From contig OZ260662.1 in the NCBI GenBank assembly GCA_965285935.1, forward strand, positions 88,970,001 to 89,034,000: a DNA stretch of 64,000 nucleotides, read 5' to 3'. The stretch is from Ophelia neglecta (taxonomy: Eukaryota). Position 1 is the stretch's first letter, and each line of letters begins with the position of its first letter. The notes below the pieces were generated by a model. The model was not told the origin of the DNA, did not search any database, and saw only the letters and a list, made by a program, of their open reading frames with translations. Position numbers and translations under genes: made by a program. Shown one piece after another: positions 50,401 through 64,000 of this stretch.

Positions 50401-53296
50401 TTAGGCATTTTGGGCAGATCGAGGCAAAATATAAATAATTGACTATAATGTTGCTATCAGCCCCGGACTGTGTTAGAATATGCTCGGTATCCCTGTTAAA
50501 ACGGTTTGTGTTCATTTATATATTGTCATAATGTTGATGCCTTTGACATTGCTGCTAATGATTACACTTCCTTTGAATTATAAATTCCGCTCACTCTAAA
50601 GAAAAAAAAAGAAATGTATACATTAACACCCGGGCATTTAACGTTGGTTTTTAATGGTTTAATGCAATAAAAAAACTCATTACTTGGCATCAGTAAACCT
50701 TTCTCTAGAGAAGAGAAAGTGGTCATGTGGTTTATGGCTTTGACCACATTGACCCACAGGGGTGGCAATGAAATGGTTTGAGTAGAGATCCCTTTTCGGT
50801 CCGGTGCAACCAGCTCTCATCTGGCCAAAAAGTATCCGCCCTGGAATTACTTAAATTAAATTAAAAATACTTAGACTAGTTTGAACACTTCCTGTCTCTT
50901 TGGAACACGCAGTTTAAACGATATGTTACTATTAGAAATGACGGGTGCTTAGCGACAAATTCATCCAGTCGGTAAAGGTTTCGAAAAAATACTAAATTTG
51001 GTCCGGCCAAGTACTGCTAATAGGTAGTCTGCTGTTCATCATGCCTGGTCCTCTGATGTTTCATCCTTTAAACGACTGTTTTAGGGAAAATTTGGGAACG
51101 GAGTTAGATAGTGGAGGAATTAAACCTTATCTTATGAAATTAACCAACTCGTGATGCCACTCCATATATATGTTTCAATTTTCCCCGATGGTTTGCCATT
51201 GATTTTTGGGGACATGCTTACATTGAAATGTTATGTAAATAATACAATAAAATACCGTATATTTTTAACCTCTTTATGATCTATATCACATTCAACTAGG
51301 AAAGAACATGCTTTTTCTGGCAGACAACAAGGGACAGATTTCACCTATTTTGATTTAAATCTCAGAAAATGAAATTCATAAAGAAGTGTGTAGAAATATG
51401 ACTATACAATAAGTTTTGCCTTGGGGTTTATCAGCCTTAGGGACATGAGCGATCATTGACAGGCCTAATGCTTAAAAGCTTTCCTGATATACGGGATCGA
51501 TATATATATACTTTTTTCGTTCCCTAAATATACTTTTTTCTTCTCTTTATTTTAAAAGAAGTAGGGAGCCATGAATAAGTTTTCACCATTCCAATACAAT
51601 TTAGGGACGAGTGGCAATACATTAAATAAGTTCTGTTCATTGCAATGTTGTCTTGGAATTACTATCCCAAACCATGCAGTTGTATAGTAGCATGTTTTAA
51701 ATCGATGCATATATAGCCTTACAATATATTGTATCCGTGTGGTAGATGTGAAAATAAAAGTGCTATACGAGTGGATTAGCAACCCGACCTGGTGTAAAAG
51801 AAGTTTCGTCGTGAATGTGTGCGTGCATGGCACATTCTGACTCACGCCTTTTCACATTCCTACCAAGCTCCAGAAAGACAAAAATTAACTCAATCGATTA
51901 TAAAATGGTGAAACCCGAACACAGAAGCAATTTTGAGAAATAATCTGATATGATCAAATTATTTGATCATCATACCAAATCTTAATGTTTTCAGTCTTCA
52001 CTAAAACTGCTTTTGCATTTCGCTTGATAAGGACTGCCTGCCATTACGAATTTTAATTGTGCCTCTTCACCATAAAGACAGTGTCAAAGTCCTAGCTGCG
52101 GTACTAAGGTGTTATTGGTGACATATGTTGTGAATGGGTAGTTTAGAGATTGTTTACAATGGATAGAAATCTACGGAACCAGATTGAACAATAGATTATT
52201 TGACATCAAATTTCCCTTATTTCCTGGTCCAGAGAAAACATTCACAAAACATGCGATACAGCCATGTGTCCAGCTGGTAATCAGATAAGAGGAAATTTTG
52301 TCCGAGTCGTTGGTTCCCATGTTAAACCCATCGCTCTGAATATTCCATATATGTGACCTAATAAAGCTGCATCCATCGTTAATCATTGATTGGTTTGTTT
52401 TTGCGGTGTGGCTCTCATTATGTTGGCAACGGTGGTACACTTCTCATTTTCGTCGATTGAGGAATGAATGAATTAGTTATAGTACATTTCGCTTAATCAC
52501 ATAGATATAAAACTGGGAATGTTGTATTTCTGCGCCTGCAGCTGACGGTTCGAGTTTATTCCGGACTGATTGAATTAAAAGTTCCTGGTCTATGTAGTTC
52601 CCTTGTCGTCCGGGTGTCCATTCCTATTGTTTGCGGCGGTGGTGATGGGGAGGAGTGGGTGCATTTGTTATTTAATTTTCTTTTCTCTACATATAATGCT
52701 TTTTATTAATTCTTTTAATAGTTTTATCCACAAAGAAACTAAGATACAAGAAAAGTCTACAAAAATGTCATTGGGTCTCTCTTTGCACAAACAGCCGTGA
52801 AGAATTTCAAAATCCCTTATATTCATCACACAGAAGAACATTATATTTGTCTGGTATTGTCTCGAGGCTGAATGCAGTAAAATGCCGATTAAAAAAGAAA
52901 CAAGTCTGACTGCATGCCATTGTGAATAGGTCAAAATGCCTAATCGAATATTGAATAAAGCTTTCCTAATAATGTACTTTTTTTTAGTACAATATTAGTT
53001 GCTCGGTCTGGCACTTAGCCATTACATCATTACAAATACAGGCCAACAGACCACGCCAGGCTGGCTTCCGATGTAATGTAGTAAATGTTGTCAACCACAT
53101 GTTCTCAATATAGACACACATTACATGAGATAATTATGTATATAACATCATTTTGAGGGAAATGTTGTAGTCTTGAAAAACATGTAACAATTATCGCTAA
53201 CTTGAGGAACAAACTATACTTTGAAAGATTAACTAAGATTATAGGAGGATTGCAGTTTATCAGATATGTGTCTGATCCTGAACAGTTTTATTATTA

Positions 53297-53645
53297 AACT
53301 GGTTTATTCCATTTGCTCGGTTTTGTCCTGTCTGTTTGGTTTGTCCTGCCTGTTTGGTTTGTCCTGTCTACTTGGAGAATACTGTGCCCATTGATTGTCC
53401 TGTCTACTTGGATTGTCCTGTCTGCTTGATTTGTCCTGTCTGCTAGGATTGTCCTGTCTGCTTGGTTAGTCCTGTCTGCTTGATGTGTCATGTATTCTTG
53501 TTTTTTGTCCGCTGTGTTTTATCTTGTCGACTCGGATTGCCCTGGAGGCTAAGGTTCTCCTGTCATTTTGGTTTGTCTTGTCGGACTGGTTGGTTCGTCA
53601 TGTGAGGTGTGTTTTATCTTGCGGACTTGGTTTATCTTGTTCGCT
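53297..53645. repeat. 18-bp degenerate minisatellite (ttgtcctgtctgcttggt)
   Basis: About 8 clear units at 53320-53490, decaying to about 53645; explains the QADRTN-repeat ORF on the - strand. Confidence 0.85.
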
Positions 53646-54303
53646 TCGTTTTTTTTCTTTTGGTTTGTCATATCGGTTTTGTGTTTTTTTTCAGCTGGTA
53701 TAGCTTATAATGTCGTCTGTCTCGCGACCATGCACTTTGCCATTTCATGTATAAATTCCCTTGTCATACCTGAAACGCCTTCAGTAATAAACTACAATTA
53801 TAATATGTTTTCAGGGTCAGCGAAGAATAATTATGACAAAGCCTAAAGACATATTCCATTGCTGTCCTTTCTACGACTAAAAACTACTACTATAAGTATA
53901 ATTGCATGTTTCATTAGATTTTACTCTGGATTTGTATTTTTTAGCACGTAAAAATATGCATATCTAAATTGTGAAATAATATATTTGAGAGCCTTTTGTG
54001 TTTGTACCTTCCTCTGGGGCAGATTGTCATCCGAGATGCAAAGTTTAGGCGAGAAAAGGTCTGCCAATCGCCACGTTATGTGTGGATGTTTTATACGTAG
54101 CCATGTGGGACAATTACCTTAGCAGTCAGACCTCCGGATAAACATGTCCCTCAAGAGGATTTGAAACCGAGCCAACAAAAAAAGATTTCTCATCTGCAGT
54201 TTAGGTTTACGGGTTACATTAGCTGAATATGGAAGGCTTGTTGATGTTCAGCTTGCATGTTGAGCGTGACACCTTGGCCTGATCAACACGCCTGATAATA
54301 CAT

Positions 54304-55760
54304 GCTTACCTGCCAATGACTCAGCAACACGTTTCCATCATGGCCCAGGGCATGCCAAATTCACCTCTTGGGAACTTTAGCCTGGTGCACTTGGCTGATT
54401 AAATAGTCAGTATTTTCTTCCCAATGTTCTGGAAACACCAGATGCTTACAAAAGCCAGCCCCTCTGGCAAAGGCTATTGAACCGTCATCAAACGGGAAAT
54501 AAGTATGCCAATAAATACGTGATTCGGAGGGTATAATTTGAAACAAAATGCTCTCTACATTAGTTTTGTGAGTTATGCCAACTTATCAAGCACAGATTAC
54601 CAATCTGGTCATTCATACATACTCTACGTACTTAAGCTGCTAATTCAAAGGCTACTTATTTTTCAGTGTACTGCTTAGAAGAAGAGACAGGAAGCTGTCT
54701 CACAATTTTCCACCTTTCCACTCTGCCTTTGCATGGCTTGCCCTCGTAAATCACGCACCTCATGTTCCCCTTTGAGTAACTGATGGAGTAGCATTGCCTG
54801 AAATGGAGTTCAGTGTATTGGGCAAACATTTCTCCAACATCACCTTGTCCACGGTAAAGGTCTTTCAGGAATTGATCTACCTGCAACCATTTCATGGATG
54901 CGATGGCGAAAAGAATAAGAGCACTTAGAATATTGGTGTATATATATGGCCATGTTTCATTTTTATGCCCTGGTTGGTGTTGTAATAGACAACAAGCTAG
55001 TTAATATGGCTCTTTTAAATGGATGGTGTGAATGTTGCTTGGCTCTCAAAATGACCTATCGATTCCATAAATGTTGGAAGCTAGATCTACGGGACCTTTT
55101 TCATAAGATCAACAGCTCTAAGGATTAATTGACCAACATCCGCTGTGCTGTGAACAAATCAGGTCCATCAATACAAGTAATATCTCCGTAATATATCGAG
55201 GATTATCCGCCGCGCATATTTCGGTGTCCTAAATCACATCGGAATAGCATCACATCTATCCGAGTAATAGGCGGCAGACAGCAGACGATATTTCTCTTTG
55301 TCAGCAAGTGGTCTTTCCGGGATAAATGGACAAACGGCAGCATCCTGCTGTCAGAAATGTGCTTGGCTTTGGATTTTGCTTCGTACAGATAATGATATCG
55401 CCAAATACAGGAGTTATAGGTGACCTGCACAGAACATCACTCTCTTTTTCTGTTTGCCATCTGTCTATATACTCCATAAAACATATGCACGCCTTGCCTT
55501 TTACGCATGTGTATATATTCGAATACAAAATGTGTTATATGTCTTGGTGTTAAGGCGGGGAAGCTACCAGCAGAGACTGACATAAACGGTCATAAAAAGC
55601 ATTACCTTCAGGGTACTACGGAAGCAAAGGATGCCTCTTTCATTTCCACAATAAACTGTCGGTAGTTTTCTGTGAAATCAGCACTTGTTCAGTTGGCAAC
55701 TGTGGCGGATATGCTCAGCTCAAGTCTACTAAATTAGCTGCCATTCAGGGCTGAGAATAA
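54304..55760 (-). pseudogene. Possible decayed multi-exon coding relic of unknown family
   Basis: Several GC-richer segments bounded by - strand splice-like signals (gcAG|GTAGAT at about 54880, CAG|GTAAGC at 54309, gcAG|GTCACC at about 55424, AAG|GTAATG at about 55605) with protein-like frames interrupted by stops. No recognised domain. Confidence 0.3.
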
Positions 55761-56546
55761 CTAGAACTCCAATAAGAGATTCTGCCCCCGTATCATAAAT
55801 TGCCATAAATGTCTAAGGAGGCTGGGTCCCGCATCAGAAATCATGAAGTGACCCGTCAGAGAGGCGCCCGGGGTAGGAAACTAAGGATTTCCGAATGGAG
55901 CAAGTTTGATCTAGTTTCAACACATTCCCTTAAAGAATTGAGGAAACCACTATTTTGTTTGCAGGTATCGGCAAAAGAAGTAACAGGTATAGTTTTTGAT
56001 GCCTTCGGGATAGATGTGTCATTTTCAATGTACATAATAAGCATGTTGCATTGGAATTGTTAAGACATCTTTTATCGGCAAATAAAGTGTATGCAACTAT
56101 AAGTCATGTCTAGAGAAACCCTCAAGCAAGAGAACAATGTTCAAGGTATATTTATTCTAACACTTTTGTTATATAGGATATGATACTATGTAAATAGTGT
56201 AAGCCGTACTTACTCTCTTTATATGGGAGTGAAAACATCACTGCTTGTCTATAGAACCGCCATTCATAGATATAAAGAGGCGGTGGAGTCCATGTTGAGA
56301 GTGGAGGGATTTGGAGAATCAGGGCACCTGCTCTAAATAAACCTCAAACCACGCTTAAATCATTGTTTTATCATAATTTTACCCACCGACCCTACTTCAC
56401 GCTTTCCTCTCAACCAATTTTCCACCATGCCTGTACTATTCGTTTAGAGCAAACTGTTTGCCATTGATGTGACGTCAATACATAACAGGAGCGAAAGTCA
56501 CCCAGATAATGTGACTTGTATACCTTGTGAATTATTGATTTTCGTT

Positions 56547-56605
56547 TTCTGTCATATGAAATGAATAGTGACAGAATTCTGTCATATTAAATGAATAGTG
56601 ACAAA
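56547..56605. repeat. 30-bp tandem duplication
   Basis: ttctgtcatat(g/t)aaatgaatagtgaca occurs twice; each unit has TGTCA/TGACA inverted ends. Confidence 0.8.
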
Positions 56606-57859
56606 TTTACATTCACAAAATACGTAAGCAAATGTACAAAAATATACAAATGTCTCTCATTATTTATATATATACATACATAAACTCTGCATTATAAAAT
56701 ATCGTTGATTAAGATAATTACTCCAATCTGTCCCAGGCAGACAATATATGAAATTTGGATTTTTTTTGCAATAAAGAATAGAATCGTATTCAATTCGTGA
56801 AACATTGTACTGTATAAGCCATTACACCAGAATAATAATATATGGTGTCTACAATTTAAATAAAACAATAAATCCTCCACTAGTGTCATCTTTGTAGTTA
56901 AGCTGAGCAGCTTGACAATGAACTGGCTGTTTAATTGACACGTCCTAGTGAACGATGACACGAACACACTCACTTTGACCTGCATCACGCGTGTTTCCAC
57001 CTGTTGATAGAAAAGTGATCCTGTATATTATTTTTGTTAAAAGTCTAAAATAAAATAAAAACAATTGTGAAAATCTGAATCTGAAAAGTATGGATATGAT
57101 TATAATCACGGCCATCACATCCGCTTTCTAGTCGCATTTCTTTTTAAGGCCGATCCCCTCGAAATAAGATAAAATAGCCTCGTTCACATGCAGTACCGAT
57201 TCTTATTCATGACCGGCCTCTTTTAAAGGTGGCAGAGAGGTCTCAAATAGGAAACCAAGCGTAAGAAACTTCTCGACGGGTATAAACTTCCTGATATCCA
57301 TTTGTCCATTATCATTCGTCATGCCAAGACATTATTTTCTGTTGCCCTCAGGAATTTGTAATATGAGGTAATAAGTTGCTAAGTGTGTTGCTTTCCAGTG
57401 GAGGCCTGTCGTAATGAGCTCCTCAGAGGTAATTTATCGGAGCTATGCCAAAGGACGGTTATCTATGATGACCGTCTGTCCATTCTGCAATAGGTATGGC
57501 ATCATAATATAGGTACTTTTAGGGGTACAGCGGGGTTTCCTTAGAACGTCAAAAGTCAAGTAATATATAGACACCCTGACGCCTTGCCCACTTGAGAGTA
57601 AGAAGAGTTGAGAGAGGGGGTGGATGGGAAAGCCAGGAAAGCCCGTGTAGGGGGTGTGGGTGTGGCTGGGGGTGGGGGATGGGGGATCGTACTGCAGTAT
57701 AAATATACAACTAGCGATACCTATTCCCGCGCCTGCCTGGTCCGCCATTAATTAAGGCATTTCATTATTCAGAGTTGGGGAGCGTTTATATTCATCAGTA
57801 GCTATTGGTGGCTATGAGAGCCAGATGTGTGGGCAAAGCCGAGGGCAGTGTGTGATCGG

Positions 57860-57919
57860 TGGTGGAGGTGGCGGTTGTGGGTGGGGGTGGGTGGGGGTGG
57901 GTGGGTGTGGGGGGGGGGG
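57860..57919 (+). repeat. G-rich (GGGT)n-like tract, potential G-quadruplex
   Basis: gtgggtgggggtgggtgggggtgggtgggtgtggggggggggg: more than 7 G runs of 3 or more with 1-3 nt loops. Confidence 0.8.
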
Positions 57920-58789
57920 CACTTATATAACTTAGAGCTCTTAAAGAGTGCTAGGTGTTGACAGATATACAAAATACAAGGATTGCAAATATACTTCAGG
58001 CCGCGCCCGTCTGTTCTTAATAAGGAATTTGATCAGTCAGTGTTTGCCCTAGAGTATTAATATTCACTGGTCGTTTTCTGAACAGTGAACGTCACTCACT
58101 GAAGGGTATTTTGTGTTTATTTAGCGGACAGTGCTAAGCTTTGCAAGTATTTATATGCCTGATCAGTTTGCACCGGCATGACTGTGGTATTGTAATCGTC
58201 TGTGATATTACCAATAGCCTGATTTGTCGATTTGTGGGCTGAGGTTAGCCGAGCTACAAGGGCGGCTCCTGCCTCGGCTAATCCGGAGAATGTGTGATAA
58301 ATTGGTACTTATCAGCTCGTGTACCAGGTCTATATTTTCGTCACAACCCTCGGGACTAGCTAAATTGGCATCAATCTTTGCACGTGTCAATAGTCATCGT
58401 TGATGCCACCTACTGTTTTTTCTTCATAGTACCTTCAACATCAAGTTCTATGTACCTGCTGCAGTTTGGCACCAGCAGTGCTATTGTCTTTTTGGGGCAT
58501 ACCGGATGGGGCTTAAGCCTGCTTTAGTACTTCCGACTGCCGCACGTTCTGTCATTTCGGTAACTTAACGTGATTCATCTTAATGTCACAAACCTCCACC
58601 TGAGTGCAAGCAAAGGCAAGACGACCACACAACATGCTCTGAAGGCTCCCAGGATATCACCTGTATTTGTATAGCTACAAGAAGGCAATAAGCATGAATA
58701 TGGTTTGTCGACATCCCCTCCGCTTAGTCCGGGTGCTTTTATGCGTCATGTCGCCACAATAAGTCCCTTCTATTTTTTGCATACTGGAT

Positions 58790-59125
58790 ACATCATACCT
58801 CAGACCAGTCTGTACCACCACGAGACAGCATATTATTAAATCCAAACAATGTTTGTGCATGCATTGTATGTAAATATGTTTACACTCCAGCCCCACTCTG
58901 CGAGTCGATATGTTGGGCACATTTGCCCGGATGTTGAAACATTAGCTCTCATCTACATGTTAGAAGCCAGCGTCTCGGCGAAACGAGGCCACTTCCGGTG
59001 TCTCACTTTCAATACGTGCTCATTTGGCGTCCCGCAAGGAATGATCTTGCTGTTATACACATGTCCATTAGCTGAGCAAATGTTGACTAGTCACGAATCC
59101 ATTTTCTTGATGACCCAGATGAAAA
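58790..59125 (+). mobile_element. Highly decayed LINE (L2/CR1-group) reverse-transcriptase fragment
   Basis: Frameshifted motifs in the correct order: RP....ETA..KIQ (cf. FRP.HSTETALLK), SSHL..RSQR (cf. SYL..R.Q.V), FGVPQG.IL..LYTCPL (59023 onward; cf. GVPQGSVLGPLLF.LY..PL), HFLDD (cf. HFYADD). Confidence 0.72.
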
Positions 59126-62100
59126 CAAAAACCTTTTACAAGCGCTGGTCTTTCCACAAAGGACTGGCATTAAACTAATAAAGGGAACAGACCAGGCAGT
59201 TAGGGGTGGTTTGTTATGGGATCCGAGAGTTGAGGATAAAAGTAAAGTAAATGACATACTGACATCGGTCACACTATGCTTCGCCTGGTACGAAAGTGGA
59301 CAGAAAGGCAAGCTGATGTCAACAAGATAACTCTCTACTGCTTGTGTAATCAAACGAGCATCCAATTACAATCGACTCGCTTGTAGTGATCAAAGGGAAT
59401 TGATAATAGAGTATGTAGTTGAAGCCCAAGTCGCACCTAAGGCTCATCTTAGTCCCGTTCGTACCGCTCGGACCCACTCCGGTCCCATGGAAATCCACTG
59501 GGACCCGCCAGTCACTTACGAGATTATTTCGTTCTCTTATGGCTGGGCTGGCAGTATGCGAATGAGGTTTGGGGATTAGTTTTAAGCCGATGCTTAGGAC
59601 TGACCAGACAGTGGAGTTTCGGCACTTAAATGTGATGGCTTTCCAATGAGATTGGCTTCCTTGGGTGTACAGGAGGTCTGCGGGGTCAATGATGTCGAGA
59701 CTTACACAGTATCATGTAATCTGGCGCATTCATCACAAAAGCAAGGAAAACCAGGAAAGCCGGCATGTAATTAGCCAAACCACATAAATTCATGATGCCT
59801 ATTGACCGATTATTGAAGGACTCTATAGTACGCTCTTTATAGTTGTTAAAAAGAATAAAACACAAACTCTGTTGTTTATTATTTGACTGTTCACTTCGGG
59901 GCGACCCCTGGTAAATGTTTTCATGTATTCTGTCAACCAATAAAAGGTCAGATAAATATGAACTGTTGAAATATGTTGCCAATATATATTGAAATAATTG
60001 TAATCTTCTTCCTTAAATGTTGCTATATAGGCTAATGTACATGATGGCTTTGGTTATGATTGTAGCACACGACCGGTATATTGTATGGGCAGGAGTCTGT
60101 TTCAATATGAATGCCAGTATAAACATCATAAAAAAATTCCAAACGGTAATGGCCGGAGGGTAACGACCTAGTATAAACAGTTCAAATCAATTTGTTAAAT
60201 CGAGCAGGGGCTCTGGGCTCCTTAGAACATCAATACAAGACGTGTAAATGAGCTACATTCACGGAATCGCCATAAGCCTGAAGTGAGACGGAGCCTTCTT
60301 TGGTCTAGGTAACTGTAAGATCCCATGTTCATATCATGTTACGAGGCCTACTTCGATCATGATTGATCGGTGCCCTGTAGCGTTAAGACAGACACCCAGG
60401 ATGCCAGGCGTCATTACTTGATTACTGATCTGTTTAACTGATCATATCAGTCGTAGACAAACAAATGAGTACAATTTAGATGCTTCAATATTACAAGTCC
60501 GCCAAACGGAAAAAAAGTTAAACACCAATTTGATCCTGAGAGATACAATTCGGATTTCTAATGACTTTGTTGTGGACTAAGCTTAAATCTGACAGTAACT
60601 GCTGCATGACCACATTCTTGCACACTGCAAAAATCTTTTTTCATGTTTGATTGCGTTCAACACATAGTTATATAGTGTTTTCTCAGCATTTTGTCATCTT
60701 TGTCTTTAAGTAATACATATTTCTTGTTTTGACATAAAAAAAAGGCTGCAAACGTCGAATTGATTTTCATCCATTTGTTCGACCAACAACTTTATTGTGT
60801 CGAATTGGCCATTATAAATACGACTTCCGGTTAACAAATGGCTAACGGCCCTCCCGTCTTTATCAGTTAATTCCAGGGGGATTTCAACTATTTTCACCTT
60901 ATAAATATAACTCCTTAACTTCATTCAAAATATCAATGTAAATTATATGGCATTCAAGACATTAGAACGATATTTGCTGATATGTCCCCTTTCTTCATAT
61001 GTTTATTCACTCGTGGATTTGCTCAAAAATAATCTAGCAATATTTAGATCCTGCACTTTTGTACTTCTGCTTAGGGAGGGTATTGATATTAGGTATTAAA
61101 GTTGGACAATTAAATCAGTAGATTCATTTTGAAATGATAAAACCGTAGACATCATACGTCCCCTGAAAACAAATGTTGAATTTGGACCTGGATATTCAGA
61201 CTGGCATATAGGAGTGACACGGACTACTGTTCAGTCTGACGTACGACAGCCCTTTTTGGTCTCCCGTCGTGTATGTGTGTACGTTGCAGTACATTGCTTA
61301 TAACAGTTATGCACTACGTCAGTGCCTGAGATCAGTTCGAAGACGGGTGCCCTCGCCCTATTTTTCAAGATTACACACAATAAGAGCCGGTAAACACTGT
61401 ACTCACAACATGTCATAGTAAATTATGTCAGTTAATCACCAGCTCAAGTCCTTGGATACATTCAAATATGGGGGCCCTTGGTTAATTTCCAGTAGCCCCG
61501 ATACTCTATGTCTACAATTTGTCTTAAAATATAACGATACTAGTAGCGAAAGCGCTTTCCAATTGTACAAAACAACAACTTTATTGATAAATCAACATTA
61601 TAGTTGCTTTTAACACGGATGGAACCAAAGGAGCCACAGTTAAAAAGGCTATATTATTATTTTTGTTCAACTATTATACCTCGAATATATCATGACATCT
61701 GCGCCTAAGACCCACTCCTCCGCCCGCTGAGGAGTCAAAAGACATACATATATGGATAAATATAACTGTGTGTGTCTCGTTGATTCTAAGTGGTGTATGT
61801 TAACAAAGGCAACTTCGACATATATCTCAAAATCAAATCGAACGTCACAGATTAAGCAAGTGCACTAGTAGGTACTAAAATTAAAACTTACTTGTTTCTT
61901 AGAGTGGACTGTGTTATGTCGACATGTTTTTGCATTGATATTCACAGACATTATGTTATATTGCCTGTTTCCCTCGGTGGTTGTAACTAGAGATGAAACG
62001 ACAATGAGCTAAGCATCTCATATATCCTCAGTATAAAAAAAAAACCATATTACAACAATTTTTAACCAATCCCTTGAAATTGAGCTTAGCGGTTTCTGAT

Positions 62101-62360
62101 AAACTGCAGCAAAAGGTATTCATTTAGTAATGAGTGTTGCTGTTCCTTATAAATTTGTAATAAACTATGAAAAAAAATAAATGTACATGTATTTGTACAT
62201 GTGGCATCGTTATTCTTTATTTGTACAATTTTTCATATTACATCGATGTGTTGACGCAATACTATCGGTTGAAAGATTCCTACAACATGTAATATTGCCC
62301 CAGACAAGAAAATGCGGGTTCACTTGATACCTCCCTTTATTATATGCATTGTTGATTCAG

Positions 62361-62420
62361 CCACATTGCTGAGTTGATAATAATAATTGACAGATCTAAA
62401 ACGGGTTCGATACCCGGTAA
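62361..62420 (+). mobile_element. Possible degenerate tRNA-SINE head
   Basis: Good B box GGTTCGATACCC with a weak A-box-like TTGCTGAGTTGA about 35 nt upstream; no cloverleaf. Confidence 0.3.
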
Positions 62421-64000
62421 ACACATCGAAAACACTGATCAAAATAATCCATTTAATCGGTGTACGTTGTCTCAATTACATAAACTGGGTTAAAAGGATG
62501 AAAACGCCAGCTCACCAGGTTACGCTAAGTGGACCCCAACCACCAAACTATCAAATGTGGCCCATAAGTGTAACAAAAATGAAAATTCTATATATTTAAT
62601 TTTAAAGCTAAAAAAGATAAGTAAAAACATGTATATCTGTTTTTAGTTGCAAGCCAGCTGGCTGGTCTAAGAGCAGCAAGCAACATATTTCTCTGGTCCC
62701 GACCAGCACGCAAAGTACATTTACTGTTTCACTGGGTCAGTACAATGATGTCCACCACATACAGATCCATCTAGTGGTCTCTAGATGATCTGATGGCAAC
62801 CAGCTAAGAAATTTATTGGCTGATCTGTTGCTATAAGGTTATTTTGTAACCTATTCTGTTCTTAAAGGGTTATTTTGTCAGCCAGCTGAAACTTCTCATG
62901 AGGTCTCTGTCTCTAGGATAACCTCTAGTCCCTGCTACAGCGGCCGCAGCACATTTCAGCACTTTTGGCAGAACCGAATGGGCTCAAAACAGGTATACAT
63001 CAGGACATATAGTTGGGGACCCACGTATGCTGATTCAATTAAAATTATCATATATGATGTTATCAGTGTTGACCTTTTCATCTAGAAATATTAAGCATTT
63101 CTTCATTATGCACTAGTAAACAATGTTATCATGTTTATAAACTGTGTACGAAACGGGCAAACAGTTTTTTTTTTTTTGGTAAATGAGGATTTTATTCTCG
63201 GGTGCCTTTTTTGTTGATCGTTTACTAATTGTGGACGTTGGGCTACGGTTTTCAGTAAGCCATCGTTCAAGAGACATTGACAAGTCGACGCCCCATTGAC
63301 CCAGTTTGGATACTGAAAGTCAAACCTGAGTGACGGCGGTCATGAAGCTAAAATGGAGACCAGATAGTCATGAATAATTTTGTCGGTGAACTGGGGCTGC
63401 ATATCTCAATTAAAACGACATCGTTATCAATCAGATTGGTGAAATGATTGCGGGAAAACTCGGATGCCCTAAACTCAAGGACTTGGTCTTCTTAGCTCGT
63501 AAATATTTCAGTTTCAATCTACCATGCAATATTTCATTCCCGCTCTACCAATGTGCTGATCGAACTAATGATATTATCTTCCCAGTGTTTTGTCAGATTT
63601 CATCTCGCGTTGAGGAGGAAAGTTTTGATGATTTACTGGGGGTCAGCCTCGTGCTGGCTTGGAGCGATTAGCCTACAGATATTGACCCATGTTATAACGC
63701 TCCGAGCCCCGGGGCCGTCTGCTAGAGATATCATCGTAAACTTTGGGAACTGCGAACAGGTAGCCTTAAGCAAAACATCGTATCTCACCAAAACGGCAAA
63801 AGGTCAAAAGCCAAAGGTTAAGGTCAAGGCTGTAGAATGAACCAAAACTTGCATGTAAAATCTACGAAGTAGTGAGCCGGCAGAAAGGCAAAAGCCTCAT
63901 ATTTTTTTTATGTGCTGAAAACGGTATCCGCTCTCTCTTTCCGTTAAATCTCTCTAGTGGCAAGTATAATCTTTGGTTGGCTCGTTTCAACCCCACACAT

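Overview
Eukaryotic, AT-rich animal genomic DNA, probably from a lophotrochozoan-type invertebrate (inferred from the SINE type and repeat repertoire). The one clearly supported host gene is a neuroligin on the + strand. Five coding exons splice in frame via GT-AG sites: 18611-18760, 22865-23050, 25267-26071, 33281-33396 and 37248-38161. They encode most of the catalytically dead cholinesterase-like domain (GQGYG in place of GxSxG), a Pro/Thr-rich stalk, the LSVTIAVG transmembrane helix and a PDZ-ligand tail (STVV*). I found no 5' exons, so they presumably lie upstream of the window and 1-18610 is probably one very long intron. Most short ORFs in the track look spurious. The two most notable accessory elements sit in neuroligin introns. 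One is a 135-bp Transib/RAG-like MITE with CACAGTG (RSS-heptamer) termini, a 5-bp target-site duplication and nested perfect palindromes. The other is a 2.17-kb CACTA/EnSpm-type element carrying an apparently intact antisense 3-exon mini-gene with tandem CRE sites and a poly(A) signal. Also present: a tRNA-derived Meta-type SINE, two Tc1/pogo-type MITEs, LINE remnants, mini- and microsatellites, a candidate intronic promoter and decayed exon-like segments on the - strand.
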